Notes: a model not told the origin generated them from the letters alone. Positions 7,921-16,898 are shown, counted from the stretch's first letter. The stretch: DNA of 37,484 bases from an uncultured Selenomonadales bacterium (GCA_947165405.1 CAMVAG010000001.1:1-37484), one strand, 5' to 3'. Translations and numbers: made by a program.

Positions 7921-8574
7921 TCAAATTAAAAGTTCTTCGACGAGAGCCAAAATATTTTCGTGAATGTCGGTTGAGCTTCGCGCAAAACTTCTGTCGGCGC
8001 ATTTGACGACCTTCCAACCGAATTTCTGCGCGATTTTTTTGTAGACGTTGTAAATTTTATTCATGTATTCGGCGTCGCTTTCGTGAATGTCCTCATCGCG
8101 TCCGCGTTCCCTGCGGAGGAGGGCACAGATTGCGGGCGGCATGTCAAGGAAAATCGTCATGTCGGGTCGCGGCAAGCCGAAACGATCGTATTCCAAATCA
8201 TTGAGCCAAGCCAAAAATTTTGTGCGTTCTCTTTCGCTGTCAAACTTTGCAGCTTGATAGGCCATGTTCGAGCCGACGTAGCGGTCGCTCAAGACAAGCC
8301 CGCCGCTCTCGTAAAAATCTTTCCAGCTAAAAAAATTTGCGAATCTGTCAACGGCGTAGAAGGTTGCCGCAGCGTAGGGATTGACAGCCTCCGCCGTGCC
8401 GCCGAATTCTCCGCGCAAGTACATTTGTATCAACGCGGAAGATTCGGATTCGTAGTTGGGAAAACTCACACGCCTGACCTTTACTTCCAAATCGCGCAAA
8501 CGTTCGTAAAGTTTTTTCGTCTGCAACGCCTTGCCTGAACCGTCCGAGCCTTCAATAACAACCAACTTCCCCAT
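7921..8574 (-). CDS. tmk: dTMP (thymidylate) kinase
   Basis: MGKLVVIEGSDGSGKALQTK P-loop at the N-terminus and a DRY motif (LSDRYVGSN). The ATG at 8574 is preceded by AGGAGG; the longer ORF-track extension has no SD. Confidence 0.9.
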   Translation of the reverse strand: MGKLVVIEGSDGSGKALQTKKLYERLRDLEVKVRRVSFPNYESESSALIQMYLRGEFGGTAEAVNPYAAATFYAVDRFANFFSWKDFYESGGLVLSDRYVGSNMAYQAAKFDSERERTKFLAWLNDLEYDRFGLPRPDMTIFLDMPPAICALLRRERGRDEDIHESDAEYMNKIYNVYKKIAQKFGWKVVKCADRSFARSSTDIHENILALVEELLI

Positions 8575-8661
8575 ACCGGCCACCTCCTGTTTGATGATTA
8601 ATTTTTGATAATTAGACAGGGCGCGAATATTTCCTGCAAAAAAATTTTTATCGGCTGTGGC

Positions 8662-8703
8662 AAAAAAAATCCTCGTCACTCGTCGAGCGGCGGGGATTTT
8701 TTT
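8662..8703. terminator. terminator-like hairpin downstream of the LysR gene
   Basis: A8-tCCTCG-15 nt loop-CGGGGa-T9. The right arm agcggcggggattttttt is identical to that of the 6174-6210 terminator. Confidence 0.45.
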
Positions 8704-9573
8704 TTACAGCGGCTCTTTGCAAAAATCTATGAATGCTTGCGCCGCCTTCGAGACGTACTTTTCTTTTTTCCAAGCAAGTCCTATATCGACAAATATCGGT
8801 TCGTAAAACGGCACGGCTTTTATGTCCGCCGCGTTTTCGCAAATGAAGTCCAACAAAAATGCTATTCCGACTTTGTGCGCGACGAGCCCTTTTATCGTGA
8901 CGATTTGGCTTGACTCAAGCACGGTGCGCGGCGAAATTTTCAGCGCGGACAATTTCTCTTGAACGACCTCGCGAAGATAGGCTCCTTCCTTCATCATGAT
9001 TAAATCGGATTTTGCAATGTCTTTGGGCGTTATCTTCGTTTTTTCGGCAAGCGGGCTGTCGTGCGCCACGCAAACCATCAGTTGGTTGCGGCTCATTTCC
9101 AATACGTTGAGATTCGGGGCGGATTCGGGGATGATTATAATTCCAAAGTCGAGTTCGTCGCTTTCCAATTTTTCGCGAATGGTCAGCGAGCCTTCCTCGA
9201 ACAACAACACGTCCAGTTTCGGATGAATTCTTCGGAAGCCGGAAAAAACTTTCGGGAAAAGATACGCGCCCATCATCGGCGGGATTCCGATTTTGATTGT
9301 GCCCTTTTGCAGTTGCTTGTAGTCGTTGACTTCAAGCACGGCGTCCTCGATGTTCCTCAAGGCAAGTTCGATTCGCTTGAGAAAAACTGTTCCTTCGGGC
9401 GTCAAGGTAAGTTGTTTTTGACTTCTGTCGAAGAGCTGAACGCCCAGTTCCGCTTCAAGTTTTTTTATTGCAACGGTGATGTTCGGCTGTGAAACTCGAA
9501 GTTTTTGCGCGGCGCGTGTGATGTTTTTCAGGCGGCTTGCCATCTGAAAATACTCAAGTTGTCTCAGCTCCAT
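8704..9573 (-). CDS. LysR-family transcriptional regulator
   Basis: N-terminal wHTH (MELRQLEYFQMASRLKNITRAAQKLRVSQPNITVAIKKLEAELG) plus a LysR substrate-binding-domain length. Divergent from the ABC ATPase gene. Confidence 0.9.
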   Translation of the reverse strand: MELRQLEYFQMASRLKNITRAAQKLRVSQPNITVAIKKLEAELGVQLFDRSQKQLTLTPEGTVFLKRIELALRNIEDAVLEVNDYKQLQKGTIKIGIPPMMGAYLFPKVFSGFRRIHPKLDVLLFEEGSLTIREKLESDELDFGIIIIPESAPNLNVLEMSRNQLMVCVAHDSPLAEKTKITPKDIAKSDLIMMKEGAYLREVVQEKLSALKISPRTVLESSQIVTIKGLVAHKVGIAFLLDFICENAADIKAVPFYEPIFVDIGLAWKKEKYVSKAAQAFIDFCKEPL

Positions 9574-9617
9574 TTTGAATCACTTCCTTTGCTTGCAGAG
9601 TAAATAATCGGTTATAA

Positions 9618-9646
9618 TTGCGATTTATATTTTACACTGTTACAAT
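9618..9646 (+). promoter_or_regulatory. putative promoter of the ABC ATPase transcript
   Basis: TTGCGA (9618-9623), 17 nt, TACAAT (9641-9646). Confidence 0.5.
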
Positions 9647-9657
9647 TTGCCTTGCAA
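9629..9657 (-). promoter_or_regulatory. putative promoter of the LysR gene
   Basis: On the minus strand: TTGCAA (9657-9652), 17 nt, TAAAAT (9634-9629). It interdigitates with the divergent + strand promoter. Confidence 0.45.
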
Positions 9658-9664
9658 GTTTCTT

Positions 9665-9777
9665 CATACTTTCTTTGTCGGCGTCAAAGAAAGTATGCAA
9701 AGAAAGACGCTTTGACCGGCTGTAAAAACATCCATGTTTTTAACGCCGGCGGCCGTCGTCCGTGACGGCCGGGTTTT
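9665..9777 (+). promoter_or_regulatory. structured 5' leader (candidate attenuator or riboswitch-like element) upstream of the ABC ATPase
   Basis: Perfect 13-bp hairpin CATACTTTCTTTG-7 nt-CAAAGAAAGTATG (9665-9697). A duplicated CAAAGAAAG (9698-9706) offers alternative pairing. There is an 8-bp palindrome AAAAACAT-cc-ATGTTTTT (9724-9741) and a GC hairpin GGCCGTC-gtccgt-GACGGCC followed by GGGTTTT (9751-9777). Confidence 0.45.
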
Positions 9778-9812
9778 CACTACCCGCGATTATTTTTGGG
9801 GAGGATTAATTA

Positions 9813-10517
9813 ATGATTGAACTTTGCAATGTTGAAAAAGTTTTCGGTCAAGTGCGGGCGGTCGATAAGTTGAGCTTTGAAATTTTTCGCGGCGAGGTCT
9901 TCGGGCTTTTGGGCAAAAACGGTGCCGGCAAAACCACAACGATAAAAATGTTGACGTTGCAACTCAAGCCGACGGCGGGCGAAATTTTTTTCGAGGGACA
10001 AGCAATCGGCGGCAACGAAATTTTTATCAAGAGTTTGCTCGGAATTGTGCCGCAACATTTGAACTTCGACCAAGACTTGACGGTTGAGGAAAATTTGGAA
10101 TTGCATGCGCGACTTCATCACTTGAAAAAATTTGAACGCCGCGAGCGCATTGACGAGCTTTTGAAATTCGTGGAGCTTGAAAGAGTTCGCAAGTCTTTCG
10201 TGAGAGAATTATCGGGCGGCATGAAACGACGTTTGTTAATCGTCCGCGCACTGATTCATCGCCCGAAAATTTTATTCCTCGACGAGCCGACCGTTGCGCT
10301 TGACCCGCAAGTCCGCCGAAAAATTTGGGAGCTGATAAAAAATTTAAAGGCGCGAGGAATCACAATCGTTTTGACGACGCATTACATTGAGGAGGCAGAG
10401 TCTCTTTGCGACCGCGTGGCAATTTTAAATCGCGGGAAGTTGGCGGCACTTGACACGACGAAAAATCTTTGCGCGGAAAAATCTTTGGAAGAAAAATTTA
10501 TCGAGCTGACCAAATAA
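9813..10517 (+). CDS. ABC transporter ATP-binding protein (ABC-2/DrrA-like), with no adjacent permease
   Basis: Walker A GKNGAGKTT, signature LSGGMKRR, Walker B ILFLDEP, H-loop TTHY. SD GGGGAGG lies 8 nt upstream. Confidence 0.9.
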   Translation: MIELCNVEKVFGQVRAVDKLSFEIFRGEVFGLLGKNGAGKTTTIKMLTLQLKPTAGEIFFEGQAIGGNEIFIKSLLGIVPQHLNFDQDLTVEENLELHARLHHLKKFERRERIDELLKFVELERVRKSFVRELSGGMKRRLLIVRALIHRPKILFLDEPTVALDPQVRRKIWELIKNLKARGITIVLTTHYIEEAESLCDRVAILNRGKLAALDTTKNLCAEKSLEEKFIELTK

Positions 10518-10521
10518 AAAA

Positions 10522-10549
10522 TCCCTCCCGTTTGAGAGGGATTTTTTTA
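10522..10549. terminator. bidirectional intrinsic terminator
   Basis: A6-TCCCTC-ccgtttga-GAGGGA-T7, between the convergent ABC ATPase and pheA genes. It overlaps the pheA stop codon. Confidence 0.8.
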
Positions 10550-11398
10550 AGCGTGTATGACGGGGAAGACGCCGAGATTTTTCAGCCAAATGCTCCTGTC
10601 GTAAACCGCCTTAATCGATTCGCGCAGAGCCTCTTCGCCGGCGTCTGTTTCCAAGTCGAAGAAAAAAATATACGCGCCGAGAATCGTTCGGGCAGGTCGT
10701 GATTCGATTCGGGTCATGTTCACGCCGCGTGAGGCAAATTCTTGAAGGACTTCGCAAAGAGAACCGGCACGCGAGCCGTCGATTTGGCAGATAATCAAAA
10801 CTTTATCGCCGTCGAAATTTTCAATCGGTGAGGCGTCGCGAGGGCGGTAAGTGATTTCAAAAAAGCGCGTGAAGTTGTTCGGGTTGTCTTGAATGTCTTT
10901 TGCGGCGATTGCGAGCCCGTTGAGTTTGCCGGCGCGTTCGGTGCAGATTGCGGCAAAATTTTCTTCGGAAGCGGCAACCAACTCTGCGGCGCGGGCAGTC
11001 GAGGTCGTCGAAATAATTTCGGCGTCGGGAAAATTTTCATGGATAAATTTTCTGCACTGCGCGAGCGGTTGAGCATGAGAAAAAATTTTTTTGATTGCCT
11101 TCGTGTCGACGAGCGGTTTTGTCATTAAAAAATTTTTGACTTTCCAAACAAGTTCACGCGAAATTTTTAAAGTGTCGCTCCTCGCCAAAGTGTCGAGCGT
11201 GATGTTTATCGAACCTTCCAGCGAATTTTCTACGGGCACAAGTCCCGCGTCCAATCTTCTTTCCTTGACCGCCGTCAATACCTCGAAGATGTCAGCGCAG
11301 ATTTCCAAACGATAATCTTCCCGCGAAAATTTTTTCAGCCAAAGAGCCGCCTCTTCCGAGTGTGTGCCCTTCGGTCCGAGTATTCCCAATTTCTTCAT
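10547..11398 (-). CDS. pheA: prephenate dehydratase
   Basis: PDT domain (LGILGPKGTHSEEAA, TRF motif NFTRFF) plus a C-terminal ACT domain (ESRP motif: MTRIESRPA). The ATG at 11398 is preceded by AGGTGA; the ORF track begins at an upstream GTG. Confidence 0.9.
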   Translation of the reverse strand: MKKLGILGPKGTHSEEAALWLKKFSREDYRLEICADIFEVLTAVKERRLDAGLVPVENSLEGSINITLDTLARSDTLKISRELVWKVKNFLMTKPLVDTKAIKKIFSHAQPLAQCRKFIHENFPDAEIISTTSTARAAELVAASEENFAAICTERAGKLNGLAIAAKDIQDNPNNFTRFFEITYRPRDASPIENFDGDKVLIICQIDGSRAGSLCEVLQEFASRGVNMTRIESRPARTILGAYIFFFDLETDAGEEALRESIKAVYDRSIWLKNLGVFPVIHA

Positions 11399-11407
11399 GT
11401 CAATCAC

Positions 11408-12076
11408 CTAATCAAATTTCAACTTCATGAGTTCGGGGTACTTGTCGCCGATTGATTGCGAAAGTTCTTTCGGCTTGAGCAAATCGATTACGGGTTGCAT
11501 GACGCGGAAAAATTCTTCGTCGTCTTGAAGCAGCGCGAGGATTGCGGCGGCGTTTGCGGCGTCGGCAAGGGCGGTGTGTTGCGTGCCCTCGAAGTCGCGA
11601 TTCATTGCGCCGATTGCGTGTTTGAGTGCCAAGCTTGAATGCAAACCGATTCTGTCGTCGAACGCCTTCTGCAAATCTTGCCACTGCTGCTCCAGCTTGC
11701 CGATGTTGTATTTCGGCATTTTGAATTTGCATTCGGCTTTGAGCTGATTGATATCCGAATTGCTCCACGAATAAAGCGTCATGTCCCACGTGCCGATCCA
11801 ATCCATAAAATTTTGAAAGGCTTCGGGGAAGGTCGGCTTGTCAGCGACGGTCTCTTGAGTTATGCCCGTGAGCTTGGTGATATGCTTGGTTATCTCGCCG
11901 TATTCGGGCTTGACGTAGCATTGAAATTCGTCGACAAGATTATAATCATCGTCGAGCTTGACCGCGCCGATTTCTATAACCTCGTCCGTTGTAAATCGGC
12001 GCACGTCTTTAAAAGTTTTGCTGACCGGATTCATTTCCAAATCAATCACAATGTGAACCAAAATTTCAACCTCCAT
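11408..12076 (-). CDS. DEDDh 3'-5' exonuclease (DnaQ-like, KapD-like)
   Basis: Exo I VIDLEMN, Exo II SWSNSDINQL, and Exo III H..ALADAANAA motifs. It sits immediately upstream of pheA. Confidence 0.75.
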   Translation of the reverse strand: MEVEILVHIVIDLEMNPVSKTFKDVRRFTTDEVIEIGAVKLDDDYNLVDEFQCYVKPEYGEITKHITKLTGITQETVADKPTFPEAFQNFMDWIGTWDMTLYSWSNSDINQLKAECKFKMPKYNIGKLEQQWQDLQKAFDDRIGLHSSLALKHAIGAMNRDFEGTQHTALADAANAAAILALLQDDEEFFRVMQPVIDLLKPKELSQSIGDKYPELMKLKFD

Positions 12077-12105
12077 TCCTAATTCCTCATTCCTAATTCC
12101 TAATT
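12075..12105. repeat. copy A of a dispersed repeat (24 nt exact, 30/31 overall) shared with 30969-30999
   Basis: ATTCCTAATTCCTCATTCCTAATT is identical at 12075-12098 and 30969-30992. After one mismatch, the next 6 nt match again. Confidence 0.9.
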
Positions 12106-12188
12106 AATTGAAAATATCCTGCCGAAAAATTTGCAGGATTGCAACAGACAATCCGACAGCAAGAAAACTTTCAACATATGCGGCGCGG

Positions 12189-12217
12189 TTTACTTTTTCA
12201 TAGCGGCGTGCTATAAT
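12189..12217 (+). promoter_or_regulatory. putative promoter of nifJ-leuB
   Basis: TTTACT (12189-12194), 17 nt, TATAAT (12212-12217) with an extended -10 TG (TGcTATAAT). Confidence 0.5.
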
Positions 12218-12265
12218 TCCTCGCAAATTTATTTTCCAATGTTGAGAGGAGAGCTTCGAAAGTTT

Positions 12266-15200
12266 ATGGCAAAAAAAATGAAGACGATGGACGGCAACCA
12301 AGCGGCGGCGTATGTATCTTACGCATTCACGGATGTCGCCGCGATTTATCCGATAACGCCGTCGTCGCCTATGGCTGAAGATGTGGACGTTATGGCGGCT
12401 AAGGGCGTCAAAAATATTTTCGGACAAAAAGTTCGTCTGGTCGAGCTGCAATCGGAAGGCGGCGCGGCAGGAACGGTTCACGGCTCGTTGCAGGCGGGCG
12501 CACTCACGACGACTTACACGGCGTCGCAAGGCTTCCTGCTCATGATTCCGAATCTTTACAAAATCGCGGGCGAACAACTTCCCGGCGTCTTCCATGTTTC
12601 TGCGCGGGCACTGGCAACTTCAACGCTTTCAATCTTCGGCGATCATCAAGACGTTATGGCGGCTCGTCAAACGGGTTGTGCAATGTTCGCCGAATCAAGC
12701 GTGCAAGAAGTTATGGACTTGTCGGCAGTGGCGCACCTCGCGGCTATCAAAGGACGCATTCCGTTTATAAATTTCTTTGACGGCTTCCGCACCTCGCATG
12801 AGATTCAAAAGATTGAGCTGATTGATTACGCAGACCTCGCAAAGCTTTTGGACTTCGACGCCGTGAACAAATTCCGCCGCAACGCACTCAATCCCGACCA
12901 TCCCGTCATGCGCGGCACGGCAACCAATCCCGATGTTTACTTCCAGATTCGTGAGACCGTCAACAACAACTATGACCGCTTGCCCGACCTCGTCGAAGAG
13001 ATTATGGCGGAAGTGGCTAAGGTTACCGGGCGCGTTCATCATGTTTTCGACTACAGCGGCGCACCCGATGCCGAACGTGTCATTATCGCAATCGGTTCCG
13101 GCTGTCAAACTGCAAACGAGGCGGCGGCTTACCTCAACGCGCAAGGCGAAAAAGTCGGCGTCGTCAGCGTGCATTTGTATCGCCCGTTCAGCGTCAAACA
13201 TTTCCTTAACGCAATTCCCAAGACCGTCAAGAAAATCGCTGTCCTTGACCGCACAAAGGAAAGCGGCTCTGTCGGCGAACCTCTTTATCTTGACGTTAAA
13301 GCCGCTTATTATGATGTTGCCGATAAACCCGTTATCGTCGGCGGACGTTTTGGTCTCGGCGGCAAAGACACCACGCCCGACCAGTTGCTTGCCGTCTTTG
13401 AAGAACTCAAAAAAGATTCGCCGCTCAACGGTTTCACAATCGGTATCAATGACGACGTTTCAAATAAATCCCTCGCGACCGCTCATCATGACGTTGACCT
13501 CACGCCCGAAGGAACGACCGCTTGCAAATTCTGGGGGCTCGGCTCGGACGGAACCGTCGGCGCGAACAAATCTGCCATTAAAATTATCGGAGACAACACA
13601 AAACTTTATGCGCAGGCTTATTTCGCTTACGATTCAAAAAAATCCGGCGGCATTACCATGAGCCATTTGCGCTTCGGTGAAAAGCCGATAACCTCGCCTT
13701 ATCTTATCACCAAACCCGATTTCGTTTCCTGTTCGCAGAAAAGCTACGTTCATCATTACAATTTAATCGCGGGCATGAAACGCGGCGGCATTTTCCTTTT
13801 GAATACCGATTGGAGCGACGAAAAGCTCGGTCATAAACTCAAGCCCGCAATGAAACGCTACATTGCCGAAAACGATATTCAAGTTTACACCGTCAACGCC
13901 GTGAAAATCGCGGGCGAACTCGGTCTCGGCGGACGCTTCAATATGGTAATGCAAGCCGCCTTCTTCAAGCTGGCGAATATCATTCCGATTGACGAGGCCG
14001 TTAAATATCTTAAAGACGCCGTCGAAAAATCTTACGGCTCGAAGGGACAAAACGTCGTCGACATGAACTGCGGCGCGATTGATAAAGGTATCGAGGCTCT
14101 GCACAAAGTCGACACGAGCACTTGGGACGTTGAAGATACGAGCATGAATCACAAGTCGCGGCAAGTTGACCCGCCCGAATTTATCAGCGAAGTTCAAAAC
14201 GTCATGAACCGTCAAGAGGGCGATGAACTTTCCGTCAGCAAATTCGTCGGGCTCGCGGACGGCACTTTCCCCGTCGGCGGCACCGCTTACGAAAAACGCG
14301 GCACGGCTATCAAAGTTCCGGCTTGGGATAAATCAAAATGCATCGGTTGCAATCAATGTTCGTTCGTGTGTCCTCACGCGGCGATTCGCCCGATTCTCAC
14401 GACCGAAGACGAACTTAAAAATGCGCCCGAAGGTATGGAATCAATCCCCTCGAAAATTTCTCGCGGCAAATATAATTTGACAATCTCCGTTTCGACTTAC
14501 GACTGCTTGGGTTGCGGCAACTGCGCTCAAGTTTGTCCGAAGCAAGCTTTGACAATGGTGCCCTTCAACGATGCGGCGAAGGCTCGTCAAAAAATTTTCG
14601 ACTACGGTGTTAAACTTCCGCCGAAAGAAAATCCGACGAAGAAAACGACCGTTATCGGCAGCCAATTCGAACAGCCGCTCTTTGAATTCAGCGGTGCCTG
14701 CGCGGGCTGCGGCGAAACTCCTTACGCAAAACTTTTGACGCAACTTTTCGGCGACCGCATGATGATTGCAAACGCAACGGGTTGCTCGTCGATTTGGGGC
14801 GCGTCTGCTCCCGCCATGCCCTATACAAAAAATTTCAACGGTCACGGTCCGGCTTGGGGCAATTCACTTTTCGAAGACAATGCGGAATACGGCTTGGGCA
14901 TGTTCCTCGGCGTCAAGGCGATTCGTGAATCACTTGCAAGCGATGTTGAAAAAGTTCTTGCCGAAAATATTTCCGACGAACTCAAAGCCGCGTTGACTGA
15001 TTGGAAAGAAAATCTCAACGTCAGCGAAAACACTCGCGAACGCGCCGATAAGTTGACGGCTCTGCTTGAGGCTCAAAAGGGCGATAACGTTCTGCTCAAT
15101 AAAATTTATGACAACCGCGATTTCTTTGTTAAGCGTTCGCAATGGATACTCGGCGGCGACGGCTGGGCTTACGACATCGGCTACGGCGGGCTCGATCACG

Positions 15201-15787
15201 TTTTGGCAAGCGGCGAAGATATTAACGTCTTCGTCTTCGACACGGAAGTTTATTCCAACACGGGCGGTCAAGCTTCAAAGGCAACACCGGCTGCGGCTAT
15301 CGCTCAATTCGCGGCGACCGGCAAGAAGACCAAGAAAAAAGATTTGGGCAAGATGGCAATGAGCTACGGCTACGTTTATGTTGCGCAAGTTTCAATGGGC
15401 GCAGACCAAAATCAGTTGCTCAAAGCGATAACGGAGGCGGAAGCTTATCCCGGACCGTCGTTGATTGTTGCCTACTCGCCTTGCATAAATCACGGTATCA
15501 GAAAAGGCATGGGCTCTTCGCAACTCGAAGGCAAGCTTGCGGTTCAGTGCGGCTATTGGGCGAATTGGCGTTACAATCCTCAACTCGTCGGCACCGGCAA
15601 AAATCCTTTCACGCTCGACAGCAAGGATCCCGACTTCAGCAAGTTCCAAGAATTTTTGATGGGCGAAGTTCGTTATTCGTCTTTGAAAAGAAACTTCCCC
15701 GACGCCGCGCAGGCTCTCTTTGAAAAGACTCAACACGACGCAGAAGAACGCATTAACGGTTATAAAATTTTGGCAGGAAAGGTTTAA
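12266..15787 (+). CDS. nifJ: pyruvate:ferredoxin (flavodoxin) oxidoreductase
   Basis: About 1170-aa single-chain PFOR. It starts MAKKMKTMDGNQAAAYVSYAF, has two 4Fe-4S ferredoxin motifs (CIGCNQCSFVCPH, CLGCGNCAQVCP) and a TPP domain (GGDGWAYDIGYGGLDH). The ATG at 12266 follows GAGAGGAGAG; the upstream ORF-track extension overlaps the promoter. Confidence 0.95.
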   Translation: MAKKMKTMDGNQAAAYVSYAFTDVAAIYPITPSSPMAEDVDVMAAKGVKNIFGQKVRLVELQSEGGAAGTVHGSLQAGALTTTYTASQGFLLMIPNLYKIAGEQLPGVFHVSARALATSTLSIFGDHQDVMAARQTGCAMFAESSVQEVMDLSAVAHLAAIKGRIPFINFFDGFRTSHEIQKIELIDYADLAKLLDFDAVNKFRRNALNPDHPVMRGTATNPDVYFQIRETVNNNYDRLPDLVEEIMAEVAKVTGRVHHVFDYSGAPDAERVIIAIGSGCQTANEAAAYLNAQGEKVGVVSVHLYRPFSVKHFLNAIPKTVKKIAVLDRTKESGSVGEPLYLDVKAAYYDVADKPVIVGGRFGLGGKDTTPDQLLAVFEELKKDSPLNGFTIGINDDVSNKSLATAHHDVDLTPEGTTACKFWGLGSDGTVGANKSAIKIIGDNTKLYAQAYFAYDSKKSGGITMSHLRFGEKPITSPYLITKPDFVSCSQKSYVHHYNLIAGMKRGGIFLLNTDWSDEKLGHKLKPAMKRYIAENDIQVYTVNAVKIAGELGLGGRFNMVMQAAFFKLANIIPIDEAVKYLKDAVEKSYGSKGQNVVDMNCGAIDKGIEALHKVDTSTWDVEDTSMNHKSRQVDPPEFISEVQNVMNRQEGDELSVSKFVGLADGTFPVGGTAYEKRGTAIKVPAWDKSKCIGCNQCSFVCPHAAIRPILTTEDELKNAPEGMESIPSKISRGKYNLTISVSTYDCLGCGNCAQVCPKQALTMVPFNDAAKARQKIFDYGVKLPPKENPTKKTTVIGSQFEQPLFEFSGACAGCGETPYAKLLTQLFGDRMMIANATGCSSIWGASAPAMPYTKNFNGHGPAWGNSLFEDNAEYGLGMFLGVKAIRESLASDVEKVLAENISDELKAALTDWKENLNVSENTRERADKLTALLEAQKGDNVLLNKIYDNRDFFVKRSQWILGGDGWAYDIGYGGLDHVLASGEDINVFVFDTEVYSNTGGQASKATPAAAIAQFAATGKKTKKKDLGKMAMSYGYVYVAQVSMGADQNQLLKAITEAEAYPGPSLIVAYSPCINHGIRKGMGSSQLEGKLAVQCGYWANWRYNPQLVGTGKNPFTLDSKDPDFSKFQEFLMGEVRYSSLKRNFPDAAQALFEKTQHDAEERINGYKILAGKV

Positions 15788-15790
15788 GCT

Positions 15791-16855
15791 ATGAAAAAAA
15801 TTATCGTGATACCCGGCGACGGAATCGGGCAGGAAATTACAAAATCCGCTGTCGAAGTTTTGAAGAAGGTCGACGAAAAATTTAATATCGGCTTGGAATT
15901 TGAGACACGCGACGCGGGCGGCACTTCCTATGAAAAATTCGGGACACCCTTAACTGACGAGGCACTTGACGCTTGCAAGAAAGCTGACGGCGTTTTGTTT
16001 GGAGCGGTCGGCGGCAAGAAATGGGATTCGTTGCCCGTGCACCTGCGCCCCGAAAAAGCTATCTTCGGTTTGCGCAAGGGCTTGGGGCTTTTTGCCAATC
16101 TTCGCCCGACAAAAGTTTATCCCGAATTGATTAATTCCTCGCCGCTCAAGCCCGAACTCGTCGGCGGCAGTGATTTGCTTATCGTTCGCGAACTCGTCGG
16201 AGGAATTTATTTCGGTCCTCGTTGCGAATCGGAAATCAAAGACGGCGTCGAGCAGGCTTGGGACACTGAAATTTATTCCGTGCCCGAAATCGAACGAATC
16301 ACAAAGCTTGCCTTCGAGACAGCCAAACTTCGTCGCGGCAAAGTCACCTCCGTCGACAAGGCGAACGTCCTCGCGGCAAGTCGTCTTTGGAGGAAAGTTG
16401 TCGTCGACGTTGCAAAAGATTTTCCCGAAGTCGAATTGAATCATCTTTACGTTGACAACGCGGCAATGCAACTTGTCCTCAACCCGAAGCAATTCGACGT
16501 TATCGTCACGAATAATATTTTCGGCGACATCCTAAGCGACGAAGCGGCGGTTATCGGCGGGTCAATCGGCTTGATGCCCAGCGCGTCTATCGGCGAACTC
16601 ACCAGCCTTTACGAACCGATTCACGGCTCCGCGCCCGACATTGCCGGCAAAGACATTGCAAACCCGATGGGCACGATTTTAAGCGCGGCGATGCTCCTTC
16701 GCTACAGCCTCAAAGAAGAGGCGGCGGCTCAAACAATCGAGGCGGCTATCGATAAAACTTTGGCGGACGGCTGGCGCACGGCGGATATTTTCACCGACGG
16801 CTTCAAAAAAATCGGCACCGCGCAAGCCACCGAAATTATCTGCAAAAATCTTTGA
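15791..16855 (+). CDS. leuB: 3-isopropylmalate dehydrogenase
   Basis: IVIPGDGIGQEI, LFANLRP, VRELVGGIYFG and NIFGDILSDEAA motifs. It starts 3 nt after the nifJ stop. Confidence 0.9.
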   Translation: MKKIIVIPGDGIGQEITKSAVEVLKKVDEKFNIGLEFETRDAGGTSYEKFGTPLTDEALDACKKADGVLFGAVGGKKWDSLPVHLRPEKAIFGLRKGLGLFANLRPTKVYPELINSSPLKPELVGGSDLLIVRELVGGIYFGPRCESEIKDGVEQAWDTEIYSVPEIERITKLAFETAKLRRGKVTSVDKANVLAASRLWRKVVVDVAKDFPEVELNHLYVDNAAMQLVLNPKQFDVIVTNNIFGDILSDEAAVIGGSIGLMPSASIGELTSLYEPIHGSAPDIAGKDIANPMGTILSAAMLLRYSLKEEAAAQTIEAAIDKTLADGWRTADIFTDGFKKIGTAQATEIICKNL

Positions 16856-16873
16856 ACGCATAAAAAATTTTTT

Positions 16874-16898
16874 CCCGTCAATGTGGCGGGATTTTTTT
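16874..16898 (+). terminator. intrinsic terminator after leuB
   Basis: CCCG-tcaatgtgg-CGGG followed by aT7. Weak 4-bp stem; same family look as the other terminators in the window. Confidence 0.5.

Noticed and set aside
12104-12595. 163-aa minus-strand ORF overlapping the nifJ promoter and 5' end.
   Set aside because: It is antisense to a strongly supported gene and Arg-rich and low-complexity, with no SD and no recognisable motif.
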